Shown here one piece after another: positions 15,748 to 24,323 of a stretch of DNA of 64,000 bases. Positions within the stretch are counted from its first letter, which is position 1; every line of letters begins with the position of its first letter. The position numbers were made by a program, and so were the translations under genes. The notes under the pieces were generated by a model. That model was not told where the DNA came from, made no database searches, and was given only the letters and a program-made list of their open reading frames with translations. This DNA is from an uncultured Pseudomonadota bacterium (lineage in GTDB: Bacteria > Babelota > Babeliae > Babelales > RVW-14): contig CAZHRK010000001.1 in NCBI GenBank assembly GCA_964534555.1, forward strand, positions 592,904 through 656,903. The letters are read 5' to 3'.

Positions 15748-16893
15748 CTACGCTAGTATGTAGTGTGCAACTCCTGAGCAAAGACCAGCCGCTGTAGAGA
15801 CATAAGCTCTTGTTTTTCTGCTCATATTCATACATGGCAGATAACTTAGTAAGCTTAGACCAGCAAAGCTTGTTGCACTAGCTGCTGTACCAACAGCAAC
15901 AGCGTTAGCAATACGATAATCTTTACCAAATGGATGCGTTGCATACTCTTTTACTATGCGCCAAATGTTTGCAAGAGAAAAATCTCTCTCTTCAACATGG
16001 TGAAGCTTTTGCATAAGTTCTTTAAATTTAGCTCTATCGCCAAACATTCCTCTTACGCTTTTTTCGTGTACTTCTTTATTAAACTCAGTATAAAACTCTT
16101 TATTAGAAGCTCTTGCTGTTTCTAGAGCATTAGCAGTTTCACGGCTTAGAGCTCTGCTTGCGATTGATTCTACTGTGCTTGCGAGTTTTGTATGGTGCCC
16201 GTCTACACAGGTATCAACAGCAGCAAGATGCTTACGTAATGTTTTAGCTACGAGTTGAAGCGTCTCTTTTTGTTCTACTGTTAGTGTTTGACCTTTTGAA
16301 AGCGCTTCAAGAGCTTTTTGTGCAGGACCACTTGTGATAATGCTATCAATAGCAACATCACTTCCAGCGCGTGCTGTATCATAACAAACACCAACTTCAT
16401 CAAGAAATCTTTGGCGTGCTGTTGCAATATCAATAACATGCTTATAGTCAGCCGTTACATTAAGACCAAATTCATTCAAGACGCCATTGCTTTTTTGGCT
16501 AGCAAGTGTGAACTCTTCAATTCTCTTGGCTAATCTTGCACGCATTTGTCCTACAACATTTTTTGCTTCTTGTATTTCTACAGGATCTTGTGTTCTACCA
16601 AAAAAGTTTCCAATTCTGTTTTGAACAGCCATTGTAAATCTTGCAAGCATTCCAGGATCTTCAAATCCAGCAACTGGGGTGCTCCCGCTCAGGCTCATTA
16701 CGTCATGCGTAAGTGCTCTGAACTGTGAATCATTCATAGTGCTGTAACGACCTTTTGTCGCTGCTTGTTTAAGTTTTAGTGCAAGGTTAAGAACTGCGCT
16801 TTGTGCTGTTTCAATTTTGCTAGCACCTTGTAGCTGAAAAAGTGAGCCAACAACAAGTGTTGCTCCGAGTATAAATTTTCTAGAACTGAACAT
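15748..16893 (-). CDS. Exported helical ORFan with a C-terminal bilobed hydrophobic segment
   Basis: SD ggaggtttatc. Signal peptide MFSSRKFILGATLVVGSLFQLQGA. The C-terminus is IANAVAVGTAASATSFAGLSLLSYLPCM-NMSRKTRA-YVSTAAGLCSGVAHYILA. Confidence 0.6.
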   Translation of the reverse strand: MFSSRKFILGATLVVGSLFQLQGASKIETAQSAVLNLALKLKQAATKGRYSTMNDSQFRALTHDVMSLSGSTPVAGFEDPGMLARFTMAVQNRIGNFFGRTQDPVEIQEAKNVVGQMRARLAKRIEEFTLASQKSNGVLNEFGLNVTADYKHVIDIATARQRFLDEVGVCYDTARAGSDVAIDSIITSGPAQKALEALSKGQTLTVEQKETLQLVAKTLRKHLAAVDTCVDGHHTKLASTVESIASRALSRETANALETARASNKEFYTEFNKEVHEKSVRGMFGDRAKFKELMQKLHHVEERDFSLANIWRIVKEYATHPFGKDYRIANAVAVGTAASATSFAGLSLLSYLPCMNMSRKTRAYVSTAAGLCSGVAHYILA

Positions 16894-17173
16894 GATAAAC
16901 CTCCATAGGTATCAGCACTGTAAATGACGCCGGTTTTTAAGACTGTATAAACCCCATTTCCCCAAGGCATCATTATCTGTGCATGACTAATTTTCTGAGC
17001 CATACCCTTTAGGACCTAACGGTCTAGAGATCTGTGGCTATAAATCGTATTACCAGCCTACGGGGCGCCCCCAGGACTGTCAAAAGGACCAAAAAGCTCA
17101 AAAAGCCTGAAATTTAGGCAAAAATGAATGAAAAAGTGAATAAAGTGGGGTTTAATTCAGACTGAAAGCAAGT

Positions 17174-17644
17174 CTATTTTTTCATGATAATATGAGAAAC
17201 AAAGTAGTCTAGGGCGATATGGCTTAGAGCTCCTAGGAAGAAGCATATGGCGCCAAGGGTATAGACTTCCCATGCCTCAGGCCGTTTGAGAATACACACA
17301 CCAGCAAGGCTTAGCGGGACAAAAGCAAGGAACCACGGCTTATGGGTTACCCCACGGTGCCTTAGAAGAAGCATAATGCTTGTGATACAGACCAGCACGC
17401 CAAACAGCTTAGGGTTAAAAAAGTATGCAAGGGGAAGGCAGGGTACAAGCGTCATATAAAAAAGCTGCCTAATTCTGCTTGTAACATCAATATCAGGAAA
17501 GAGTGACCCAATAAGGGTGATGCCAAGAAGCGCAATAATCACTATGGGGCCATGCTTGCTCATGACGCCGAGCGTTGATGCAACCTGATGTATAATCCCA
17601 AAAACGACAGCACCACCAATAAGGTGAACTCGGTATGATGGCAT
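17174..17644 (-). CDS. YdjM-like membrane-bound metal-dependent hydrolase (DUF457)
   Basis: 156 aa, 4-5 TM. LFPDIDV, HRGVTH and SHIALDYF motifs. Abuts the spoIID stop codon. Confidence 0.65.
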   Translation of the reverse strand: MPSYRVHLIGGAVVFGIIHQVASTLGVMSKHGPIVIIALLGITLIGSLFPDIDVTSRIRQLFYMTLVPCLPLAYFFNPKLFGVLVCITSIMLLLRHRGVTHKPWFLAFVPLSLAGVCILKRPEAWEVYTLGAICFFLGALSHIALDYFVSHIIMKK

Positions 17645-19123
17645 TTAATGTACCAATCTACTTATCTTTGTTCCTGGGTAATAAAAACTAAGCACATCTT
17701 TAATTGACCATCCACGCTTGAGCAGCTCAACGCACCCAAACTGACAAACCCCTTTAAGGTGGCCATATCCAAACCCGGTTATAGTGAGTTTATTGTTTTT
17801 AAACTCAACGCTAAATGCCAGGCTCTTAATTTTGTGGGAGTTGGTGCTTCGTAGTTGATTACCCGTTATTACAACACTGTGCCCACGCGTATCTGTAATA
17901 AGTATTTTGTGAACAACACCAGCTTTGTCAATGTGCCGCATTTTTATGTCTGCAAGAGTGCCAAATGACGCCATCTTGTCTTTGAGCGATCCAAGCTCTT
18001 TGAGCTTGCACACTACGGTGTCGGCATTAAATGTCTCTTTCCAGAGGTATGATGGGCACGACGCACAAAACGTACAGCGTTGAACTCTATTCAAGTATGG
18101 TTTGCGCTTATCAACTGGTGTAATAAGCCCCGGTATAATACCACCACATGAGATATCAAACATCGTTAAGGCTACAGCATCGTTGTGCGTTAAGATAAGA
18201 TCTTGCGTCTCATCAACTGCTTGGCGCAGGCGTGTATGTTTGTGCAGGCCTTCGTAGCGCTGATGAAAGTTTGTGCACTTGATATCAAAATATTTAAATT
18301 GTGGGCTTCGTTCACGAGCTCGCTGCATAAGGTAAACAGCATAGGTTCGTGAGATAATTGCTTGCAGTTTATGCATTTCAAGCGGCCAGGAGTTGAGTCC
18401 TTCTGCCTGCACCACAGAGAAAATATAGTCTTCAAGCGGTAGTTTATTGATGATGTACAGCTTGTCTTCTTCATGATCAATAACAAGTTGCAAGCTGCCT
18501 TGGAATGTTTTTGACCCAAGTGTTATTTTTCGGTGCGGGTTACAAATCTCGATAGAGTTGTTTTTTATACCCCGATAATTACCATCTTTGCATCTAAAAT
18601 ATAATTTTTTATTTCTGAGCATTAAATGAATTTCTTGGGCTTGATAGAGCGCTGTAACGCCTGACGCAATCGGGCTTTCAAGGATGAAGCCGTGCTTTGA
18701 GTGAATAACAAATTTGGGCTCAGTTTTTGTTTCGTGCGCTTCAAGTAAGACTCTAATTCTGCGCGCGCTTGGTGCAGGCGGCACCTCTAGGTCATTAAGT
18801 TCATCATTCACGCTGAGCGTAAGGCCAGATTGGCTACTTGGGCTTGTTGGGGCTGCAAGCGGCTTTTTATCATCCGCCGTCTGCTGTGTATTTGTTACCG
18901 TGGTTGCTGGTGCAAGCGTATCAGTAATACTCGTGCTTACAAGCGCTATCCCTTTGGCTGGCGCCTGCTTTTTCTTTGCCGGAGAGCTCTTTTTTTTGAG
19001 CTGCTTTTTCTTAAGCTGTTGTTTTTTTGTTTGTTTGACTGTTTTAGATGGTTTTGAATAGAGCACTGTTGAGCTGCTCAAAAGCGTTACAACGGTGCAA
19101 ATCATGATGATAAACTGTTTCAT
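17645..19123 (-). CDS. SpoIID/LytB-domain protein (lytic transglycosylase / amidase enhancer family)
   Basis: Signal peptide, Lys-rich linker, then the SpoIID core (AIISRTYAVYLM...FHQRYEGL...AVDETQDLILTHNDAVALTMFDISCGGI). Confidence 0.75.
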   Translation of the reverse strand: MKQFIIMICTVVTLLSSSTVLYSKPSKTVKQTKKQQLKKKQLKKKSSPAKKKQAPAKGIALVSTSITDTLAPATTVTNTQQTADDKKPLAAPTSPSSQSGLTLSVNDELNDLEVPPAPSARRIRVLLEAHETKTEPKFVIHSKHGFILESPIASGVTALYQAQEIHLMLRNKKLYFRCKDGNYRGIKNNSIEICNPHRKITLGSKTFQGSLQLVIDHEEDKLYIINKLPLEDYIFSVVQAEGLNSWPLEMHKLQAIISRTYAVYLMQRARERSPQFKYFDIKCTNFHQRYEGLHKHTRLRQAVDETQDLILTHNDAVALTMFDISCGGIIPGLITPVDKRKPYLNRVQRCTFCASCPSYLWKETFNADTVVCKLKELGSLKDKMASFGTLADIKMRHIDKAGVVHKILITDTRGHSVVITGNQLRSTNSHKIKSLAFSVEFKNNKLTITGFGYGHLKGVCQFGCVELLKRGWSIKDVLSFYYPGTKISRLVH

Positions 19124-19162
19124 AACTACTGACTCTCACTCAATTTTTAGCATTACTCAGAT

Positions 19163-19699
19163 TTAAGCAATAAGCGATTGCGGGACTCCGTAGTCTGCCA
19201 GAAAGTTGAGGAGTGTGGTAGGTATTTTTTTCTTGGCATCAACTCCGTTATTTGCTTGCTCATCTGCTGCCTGATTTTTTTCACGCAGAACATGTTTGAT
19301 TGAGTACTTGTAGCTGGTTAAAAGCTTTTTTGCTGCAGCATGCATGATCTTAAGTTCATCATTTTTAACTTTGTACTCACCTGTAATTTGCTTAACAAGC
19401 AGCTGTGAATCAGATTGCACGGTGATATGCGGTCTTTGTGAAAACCATGTTGCATATTTTTTTTCAACAATCGCAAGAGCAACAATAAGCGCAGCATATT
19501 CAGCTTGATTATTTGTCTTATGTCCCAGGTAAAAACCGTATGCGCCAAGGAGTGTCGGACCATTTTTTATGACAATCCCGATTCCTGACGGGCCAGGGTT
19601 TCCTCGTGCAGCACCATCGATTTCTATGGTGATATGGTCAGTCTTTGGTGTTGGCTGTTTTGTCATGAAATTAAATAATGACATTTGATTAATACTCAT
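19163..19699 (-). CDS. rnhA: Ribonuclease HI
   Basis: EIDGAARGNPGPSGIGIVI...NNQAEYAALIVAL...SDSQLLVKQITGEYKVKN...REKNQAADEQAN. Overlaps the upstream gene by 4 nt. Confidence 0.8.
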   Translation of the reverse strand: MSINQMSLFNFMTKQPTPKTDHITIEIDGAARGNPGPSGIGIVIKNGPTLLGAYGFYLGHKTNNQAEYAALIVALAIVEKKYATWFSQRPHITVQSDSQLLVKQITGEYKVKNDELKIMHAAAKKLLTSYKYSIKHVLREKNQAADEQANNGVDAKKKIPTTLLNFLADYGVPQSLIA

Positions 19700-20409
19700 G
19701 CCGCTTCCTCGTCAAGATACACAAGTCTAAAGCATCCTTTGCATGGGATCATCAGGCCTTTTCTTGTATTGACTAAGTCTTGCGGAGTGAGTGGGTATGA
19801 GCATCCGCTGCAGAGTTTTTCAGTGACTTTAACAACAGGATTAAAATAAGCTGTTTTAAGTTTTCTAAACGTTGCCATCCATGCCGCATCAATTGTACTT
19901 GATAAAGTATCTGTTGCTGCGCGCAGCTCACTTACTTGTGATTCAAGTTCAGCTATTTTACTGCGTCGTATGTTGATTTCAGTTTCGATGTTCGGTTTTT
20001 CAAGTGCTGCGTTATGAGCAAACGTAGCAAGTTTGCTTTCTGCAGTTTCAAGCTCGTCAGTAAGTTTGAAAAAAACTTCCTCGGCAGCTGATAGCTTCTT
20101 TGCTAAATCTTGATATTCATTTTCAAGTGCAGTCTGCTCTCGTGTTGAGACGACTTGTTCAAGTGCGATCTGTTTTTTCTTGATGTGCTGATTAATTGTT
20201 GCGTAGGCAAGCTCTGCTTCATGCACAAGCTTTTTCTTTTCGGTAACAATTTTAGCTAGTTCTGACTGATGTTTTTCGAGTGCTTGAGGCGCTTGCTCAA
20301 GGGCATCAATTTGATTTTGTAGAAAACCTATCTCGGTGAGTATCTGCGCATAACGGAGATCTGTTGTAACAAATGACTTAACATCTTTCCACGTAACAGT
20401 GGCTGCCAT
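19696..20409 (-). CDS. Coiled-coil protein with C-terminal C4 zinc ribbon (CT398/HP0958, zf-RING_7-like)
   Basis: Long heptad-rich region, then CSGCSYPL...IPCKGCFRLVYL. Start reset to the ATG at 20409 because codons 1-40 of the track ORF are the translation of a tRNA gene. Confidence 0.65.
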   Translation of the reverse strand: MAATVTWKDVKSFVTTDLRYAQILTEIGFLQNQIDALEQAPQALEKHQSELAKIVTEKKKLVHEAELAYATINQHIKKKQIALEQVVSTREQTALENEYQDLAKKLSAAEEVFFKLTDELETAESKLATFAHNAALEKPNIETEINIRRSKIAELESQVSELRAATDTLSSTIDAAWMATFRKLKTAYFNPVVKVTEKLCSGCSYPLTPQDLVNTRKGLMIPCKGCFRLVYLDEEAA

Positions 20410-20438
20410 GCGCGCTCCTTGAGGCTTTGAACAGTTCT

Positions 20439-20514
20439 TGGTGGGCCCACCAGGGATTGAACCTGGGACCGTTCGGTTATGAGCCGACTGCTCTGACCGC
20501 TGAGCTATGGGCCC
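20439..20514 (-). tRNA. tRNA with CAU anticodon (elongator Met, or Ile2 if lysidine-modified); encoded CCA
   Basis: GGGCCCA-TA-GCTC-AGCGGTCA-GAGC-A-GTCGG-CTCATAA-CCGAA-CGGTC-CCAGG-TTCAATC-CCTGG-TGGGCCC-A-CCA. Full cloverleaf of 76 nt. The G1-C72 pair argues against an initiator. Confidence 0.9.
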
Positions 20515-20547
20515 AAGAAAAATTCTCAACAGAGTCTAAACTAAACC

Positions 20548-21549
20548 TTACACATTGTGAAGCAAAAAGTCCCTAAGCCTGCACGAATATCCGTATTCGT
20601 TGTCATACCAGCCAAATATTTTTGCAATTCCCCCATGCACTTGTGTGAGCTGAGCGTCGATAATGCATGATGCTTCGCTGTTTTTAAAGTCGGATGATAC
20701 AAGCGGGAGCTCTGTATATTCTATGACAGCGTGTGGCATGCTTGCGGCTTTTTTAAAAGCAGCGTTAAGAGTTTCTTTTGATGCTTTTTGCTTAAGTGTG
20801 CAGCTCATATCAACCAGTGAAACGCATGGCGTTGGTACGCGCAGCGCTACCGCGCTTACTTTGCCTTCAAGGTGCGGAAACAACTTGGTAATTACTTTGT
20901 GAGCGCCTGTTTTTGTTGGAATAATATTAAGTGCTGCAGCACGTGCACGACGCGGGTCAGTATGTTCAATATCAAGCAGCACTTGGTCGTTTGTGTACGC
21001 ATGAACCGTTGTCATAGCTATTTCTTCTATGCCAAAGCTCTCTTCAAGTATTTTGACCATAGGCGCAAAGCAGTTTGTTGTGCAGCTGCCTAACGATACG
21101 ATAGCGTGGCGCTCACGATCAAAAGCATCATCATTAACCCCAGGAATAATCGTTACATCTTCATGCTCTGCTGGCGCTGAAATAAGTACTTTTTTTGCTC
21201 CAGCAAGAATATGTTTTTCTGCCTCGGAGCGCGTGGTGTATCTGCCAGAGCAGTCAACAACCCAATCAATCTTAAGGGCTTTCCAATCGCACTCTGCCGG
21301 TGTTTTAGCGCTTAAAAGCTTGATGCTGCGGCCATTAATAATAAGAGCATCATCAGTGCATTCAACCATTCCATTAAACTTACCCATAAGCGAATCGTAG
21401 CGAAAAAGAAGTTCAAGGTTGTCAGGGCGCGTAGGGCCAAGATTAATAGCGGCGATAGTAATTTGTTTATGTGCAGTGGGGTGATTAAAAATCGTTCGTA
21501 AAAACGTTCTGCCAATTCTGCCAAATCCATTTATAGCGATAGTAATCAT
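20548..21549 (-). CDS. gap: Glyceraldehyde-3-phosphate dehydrogenase
   Basis: INGFGRIGR NAD-binding motif, catalytic SCTTNC, C-terminal WYDNEYGYS. Confidence 0.95.
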   Translation of the reverse strand: MITIAINGFGRIGRTFLRTIFNHPTAHKQITIAAINLGPTRPDNLELLFRYDSLMGKFNGMVECTDDALIINGRSIKLLSAKTPAECDWKALKIDWVVDCSGRYTTRSEAEKHILAGAKKVLISAPAEHEDVTIIPGVNDDAFDRERHAIVSLGSCTTNCFAPMVKILEESFGIEEIAMTTVHAYTNDQVLLDIEHTDPRRARAAALNIIPTKTGAHKVITKLFPHLEGKVSAVALRVPTPCVSLVDMSCTLKQKASKETLNAAFKKAASMPHAVIEYTELPLVSSDFKNSEASCIIDAQLTQVHGGIAKIFGWYDNEYGYSCRLRDFLLHNV

Positions 21550-21580
21550 AAGTGCGCACCTTTATACGTAAGCAGCTATA

Positions 21581-21604
21581 AAAAAAGGCTGACATTTGTC
21601 AGCC
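21581..21604 (-). terminator. Intrinsic terminator downstream of hflX
   Basis: On the - strand: ggctgacaaatgtcagcc followed by tttttt. Confidence 0.65.
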
Positions 21605-21638
21605 TTTAAAATCATTATCTGCAGCAGCCTAGCATACT

Positions 21639-22757
21639 TTAGCGCTGTCTTGCAAAGTGGTCACGCAATAAGTCGACAAGTGGCGCGACTCCCTCTTTGT
21701 TTTTTGTATGGATCAGTACATGTTGCTCATACGCTTGTGCTTCGCTTTGTGCAAGTTGTAGCTCGAGCTGGCTGAGCTTATCAATTTTATTAAAGACGTA
21801 GACCATTGGCGCATTGATATCAAGGTCTTTAAGTGTTTGATGCACAACTTCGATTTGATCGCGCCATGCAGGGTTACTGATATCAATAACGTGCAGAAGC
21901 ATGTGCGCGTAGCGTAGCTCATCGAGTGTTGATTTAAACGCTGCGATTAACTGGTGCGGCAGCTGGCTAATAAATCCAACAGTGTCAGAAATTAACGCAA
22001 CCTTTTTGCCATCAATAATCATCTCGCGCGTTGTGGTATCAAGCGTTGCAAAAAGCTTGTCTTCAGCAAGGACATTACCTTTGGCAATCATATTGATCAG
22101 GCTTGATTTACCTGCGTTGGTATACCCAATAATACAGAGCAGTGGAATTTTTCTGTTCAGGCGCTGCTTGCGCTGAGTCTCGCGTGATTTTTCAAGCACT
22201 TCAAGGCGACGTTTTGCGATACGCATTTTGTCTTGAAAATAACGTTTGAGCTCTTCTTTTTCTGTTTCTCCTGGTCCACGTGTACCAATCAATCCAGCCT
22301 GCTGTGCAAGCTCGCGGCCACGACCAATAATACGTGTGCGCAAGTATTCAAATTCAGCCATCTCGACTTGAATTTTACCTTCTGCGCTGTGTGCTGATTT
22401 TCCAAAAATTTCTAAAATAAGCTTTGCACGATCACTTACCGGAACGCCAAGTGCGTTTTCAAGATTTCGCTCTTGGAGCGGTGACAACGATTCTGAGAAA
22501 TAGACTTTTGAAGCACCAGCCTGCGTGACAAATGCTGAAACCTCTTCAAGCTTACCTTTAGTCAAAAACATGTTGTTATCAACGTTACGAAGCTTGATTG
22601 TTAGGGTATCGATATAATTAATACCGAGTGTATCAATAAGGCTTAAAAATTCCTCTTCATAATACATCGGTGACATAGGATTGCTTGGTGTGATAGCACA
22701 CACAAGAACCACTCTTGATTCATCTTTTGTTAGGTCAATAAGCTGTCGCGCTGCCAT
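21639..22757 (-). CDS. hflX: GTPase HflX
   Basis: HflX N-domain (GRGRELAQQAGLIGTRGPGETEKE), G1 GYTNAGKSSL, G3 DTVGF, G4 NKIDK. Confidence 0.9.
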   Translation of the reverse strand: MAARQLIDLTKDESRVVLVCAITPSNPMSPMYYEEEFLSLIDTLGINYIDTLTIKLRNVDNNMFLTKGKLEEVSAFVTQAGASKVYFSESLSPLQERNLENALGVPVSDRAKLILEIFGKSAHSAEGKIQVEMAEFEYLRTRIIGRGRELAQQAGLIGTRGPGETEKEELKRYFQDKMRIAKRRLEVLEKSRETQRKQRLNRKIPLLCIIGYTNAGKSSLINMIAKGNVLAEDKLFATLDTTTREMIIDGKKVALISDTVGFISQLPHQLIAAFKSTLDELRYAHMLLHVIDISNPAWRDQIEVVHQTLKDLDINAPMVYVFNKIDKLSQLELQLAQSEAQAYEQHVLIHTKNKEGVAPLVDLLRDHFARQR

Positions 22758-22848
22758 GAAAATGCCTCAAAGCTTGTAGGAATATAGGGATATTTCGGTT
22801 GGGTAAGTCTACCACAAATTAGAAAAATACGTGAGCCTGACTTATGCC

Positions 22849-23499
22849 CTATTCTTCATCGATAAATTCTTTGTAGGACTCAAGGTATGAATAGTCTATC
22901 TTTTTGCTTTTTTTGCCTGCAGGTCGCTTGATGACAAAAAGCATTCCCCCAGGATTTGTCCCTTTAGCTGGCTCGTTCCCTAAGAATTCAAATCCAATTT
23001 TTGCTTTAACGCGTTTACTCGCGCCATTATTTTCAAATACCTTAGCATAAAGCTCATCTTGATCAGCGAAGGCTCTGAAAAATAAGGCGATCATTATCTT
23101 TTGAGCTTCTGTACCGTACCCTTTGCTTCGAAATTCAGGGAAGATGTAGCTTTCCAGCTCAAATCTCATGCCTCGGTCTTTATTCCGCCCAATCGATAGA
23201 AAGCCAATAACTTTTTTCTCAACAACAACAAGCTCGAACAATCCACGTCCGTTTTCAACTTCACCGATTGTATAGTTAAATGTTCGTGCAATTTCTATGC
23301 TGCTTGCCGTAGCGCTGTAGCCCATAAGCTTTTTTGCGCTGCTATCGCGAGAGAGGGTGTTTGCAAGTTCTGCAACATCATGTCGCGTCACTGCTGTTAG
23401 GCCGATTTCTACTGCGGCATCAAGGTGTGATAAGAATAATAATCCGCACGCGAACAGAACGTATAAAAGGTTCATAAAAACTTTCAAATTCGTAAACAT
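22849..23499 (-). CDS. Exported GNAT-family (RimJ/RimL-like) N-acetyltransferase
   Basis: Hydrophobic signal (NLLYVLFACGLLFLSHLDAA), then the GNAT core (IGFLSIG...FPEFRSKGYGTEA...VFENNGASKRVKAKIGFEFLG). Start is ambiguous (23520 GTG, 23499 or 23475 ATG). Confidence 0.6.
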   Translation of the reverse strand: MFTNLKVFMNLLYVLFACGLLFLSHLDAAVEIGLTAVTRHDVAELANTLSRDSSAKKLMGYSATASSIEIARTFNYTIGEVENGRGLFELVVVEKKVIGFLSIGRNKDRGMRFELESYIFPEFRSKGYGTEAQKIMIALFFRAFADQDELYAKVFENNGASKRVKAKIGFEFLGNEPAKGTNPGGMLFVIKRPAGKKSKKIDYSYLESYKEFIDEE

Positions 23500-23568
23500 G
23501 AAACATCCCGGTATGCACACGCATATCCGGGATGAGTGATTATATCATATAATCGGGTTTTTCCAAGG

Positions 23569-24213
23569 CTATTTCTTGCGATACTCGAGTATATAGCGCG
23601 ATGGCTTACCATCATCGTAAAAATACCCAACCTCAACCATGCCAGCTTTCTTCATAGCTTTAAGGCTTCGTTGGTTCCACAATCTGACGTGAGTTATGTA
23701 CTGATTCTCTTCAGGGTGCAAGCGGAAATAAACGCCAGAAATAAGCTTTATTGCTTCTTGAATTCGGCCTCCACCCCAGTACTTATCATTGATCCAGCAG
23801 CCCATTTGCCCAGGGTCGATCGTGTTAAGCTCACGTATTTCAATAGTTCCAATCGGAAGATTGTCGTTGTTATCAAAAATCGCGTAGAGCAGGGTTTTGC
23901 CTTTTTCATGGTTATCCATCAAGCTGCGCAAATACGCAATCATGTACCCCAAGGTGATGTGCTCAGGGAAATCAAGCCCTCGACGTACTGGTTGGGTAAA
24001 CATCTCATGCAGCGTTACAAAATACTCATCTTTCATGAGCTTGAGCGTAACGATAGATCCAGGGACTTCTTCAGGTGCTTCAGCAAGTCGAGCGTTGCTG
24101 TAATACTGGTTATAGATAAATACGCTAGCACCAGCGCCAAGAGTAAGTGCAAGTGCAAGAGCTAATACTCTGCTTAGACGGCCGCTTAAGAGTGATTTTA
24201 TATGAGATACCAT
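23569..24213 (-). CDS. Membrane-anchored/exported GNAT-family (Acetyltransf_3-like) N-acetyltransferase
   Basis: N-terminal RVLALALALTLGAGASVFIY anchor. GNAT core (IGTIEIREL...GCWINDKYWGGGRIQEA...VRLWNQRSLKAMKKAGMVEVG). Confidence 0.6.
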   Translation of the reverse strand: MVSHIKSLLSGRLSRVLALALALTLGAGASVFIYNQYYSNARLAEAPEEVPGSIVTLKLMKDEYFVTLHEMFTQPVRRGLDFPEHITLGYMIAYLRSLMDNHEKGKTLLYAIFDNNDNLPIGTIEIRELNTIDPGQMGCWINDKYWGGGRIQEAIKLISGVYFRLHPEENQYITHVRLWNQRSLKAMKKAGMVEVGYFYDDGKPSRYILEYRKK

Positions 24214-24323
24214 AACACTAACTTTCGTGGTAGTGATCGTAGTAATACCCTACTGCTCGGGCTTTGGTAACAAAGCCTAAATCATATAATAGCGCACAAT
24301 ATGCTGTCGAGTGAAATTATTCT

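Noticed and set aside
16894-17173. A 280-bp intergenic region with a ggggcgcccc palindrome and the spurious ORF 16776-17003. I examined it as a possible ncRNA (SRP, 6S or RNase P).
   Set aside because: I could not match any conserved ncRNA signature by eye. It is most simply the promoter and leader of the 15748-16893 gene. A covariance-model scan would be needed.
20410-20529. The first 40 codons of the track ORF 19696-20529 (MRIFLGPIAQRSEQSAHNRTVPGSIPGGPTK...).
   Set aside because: This peptide is the translation of a same-strand tRNA gene (20439-20514) with a full cloverleaf. The real CDS starts at the ATG at 20409.
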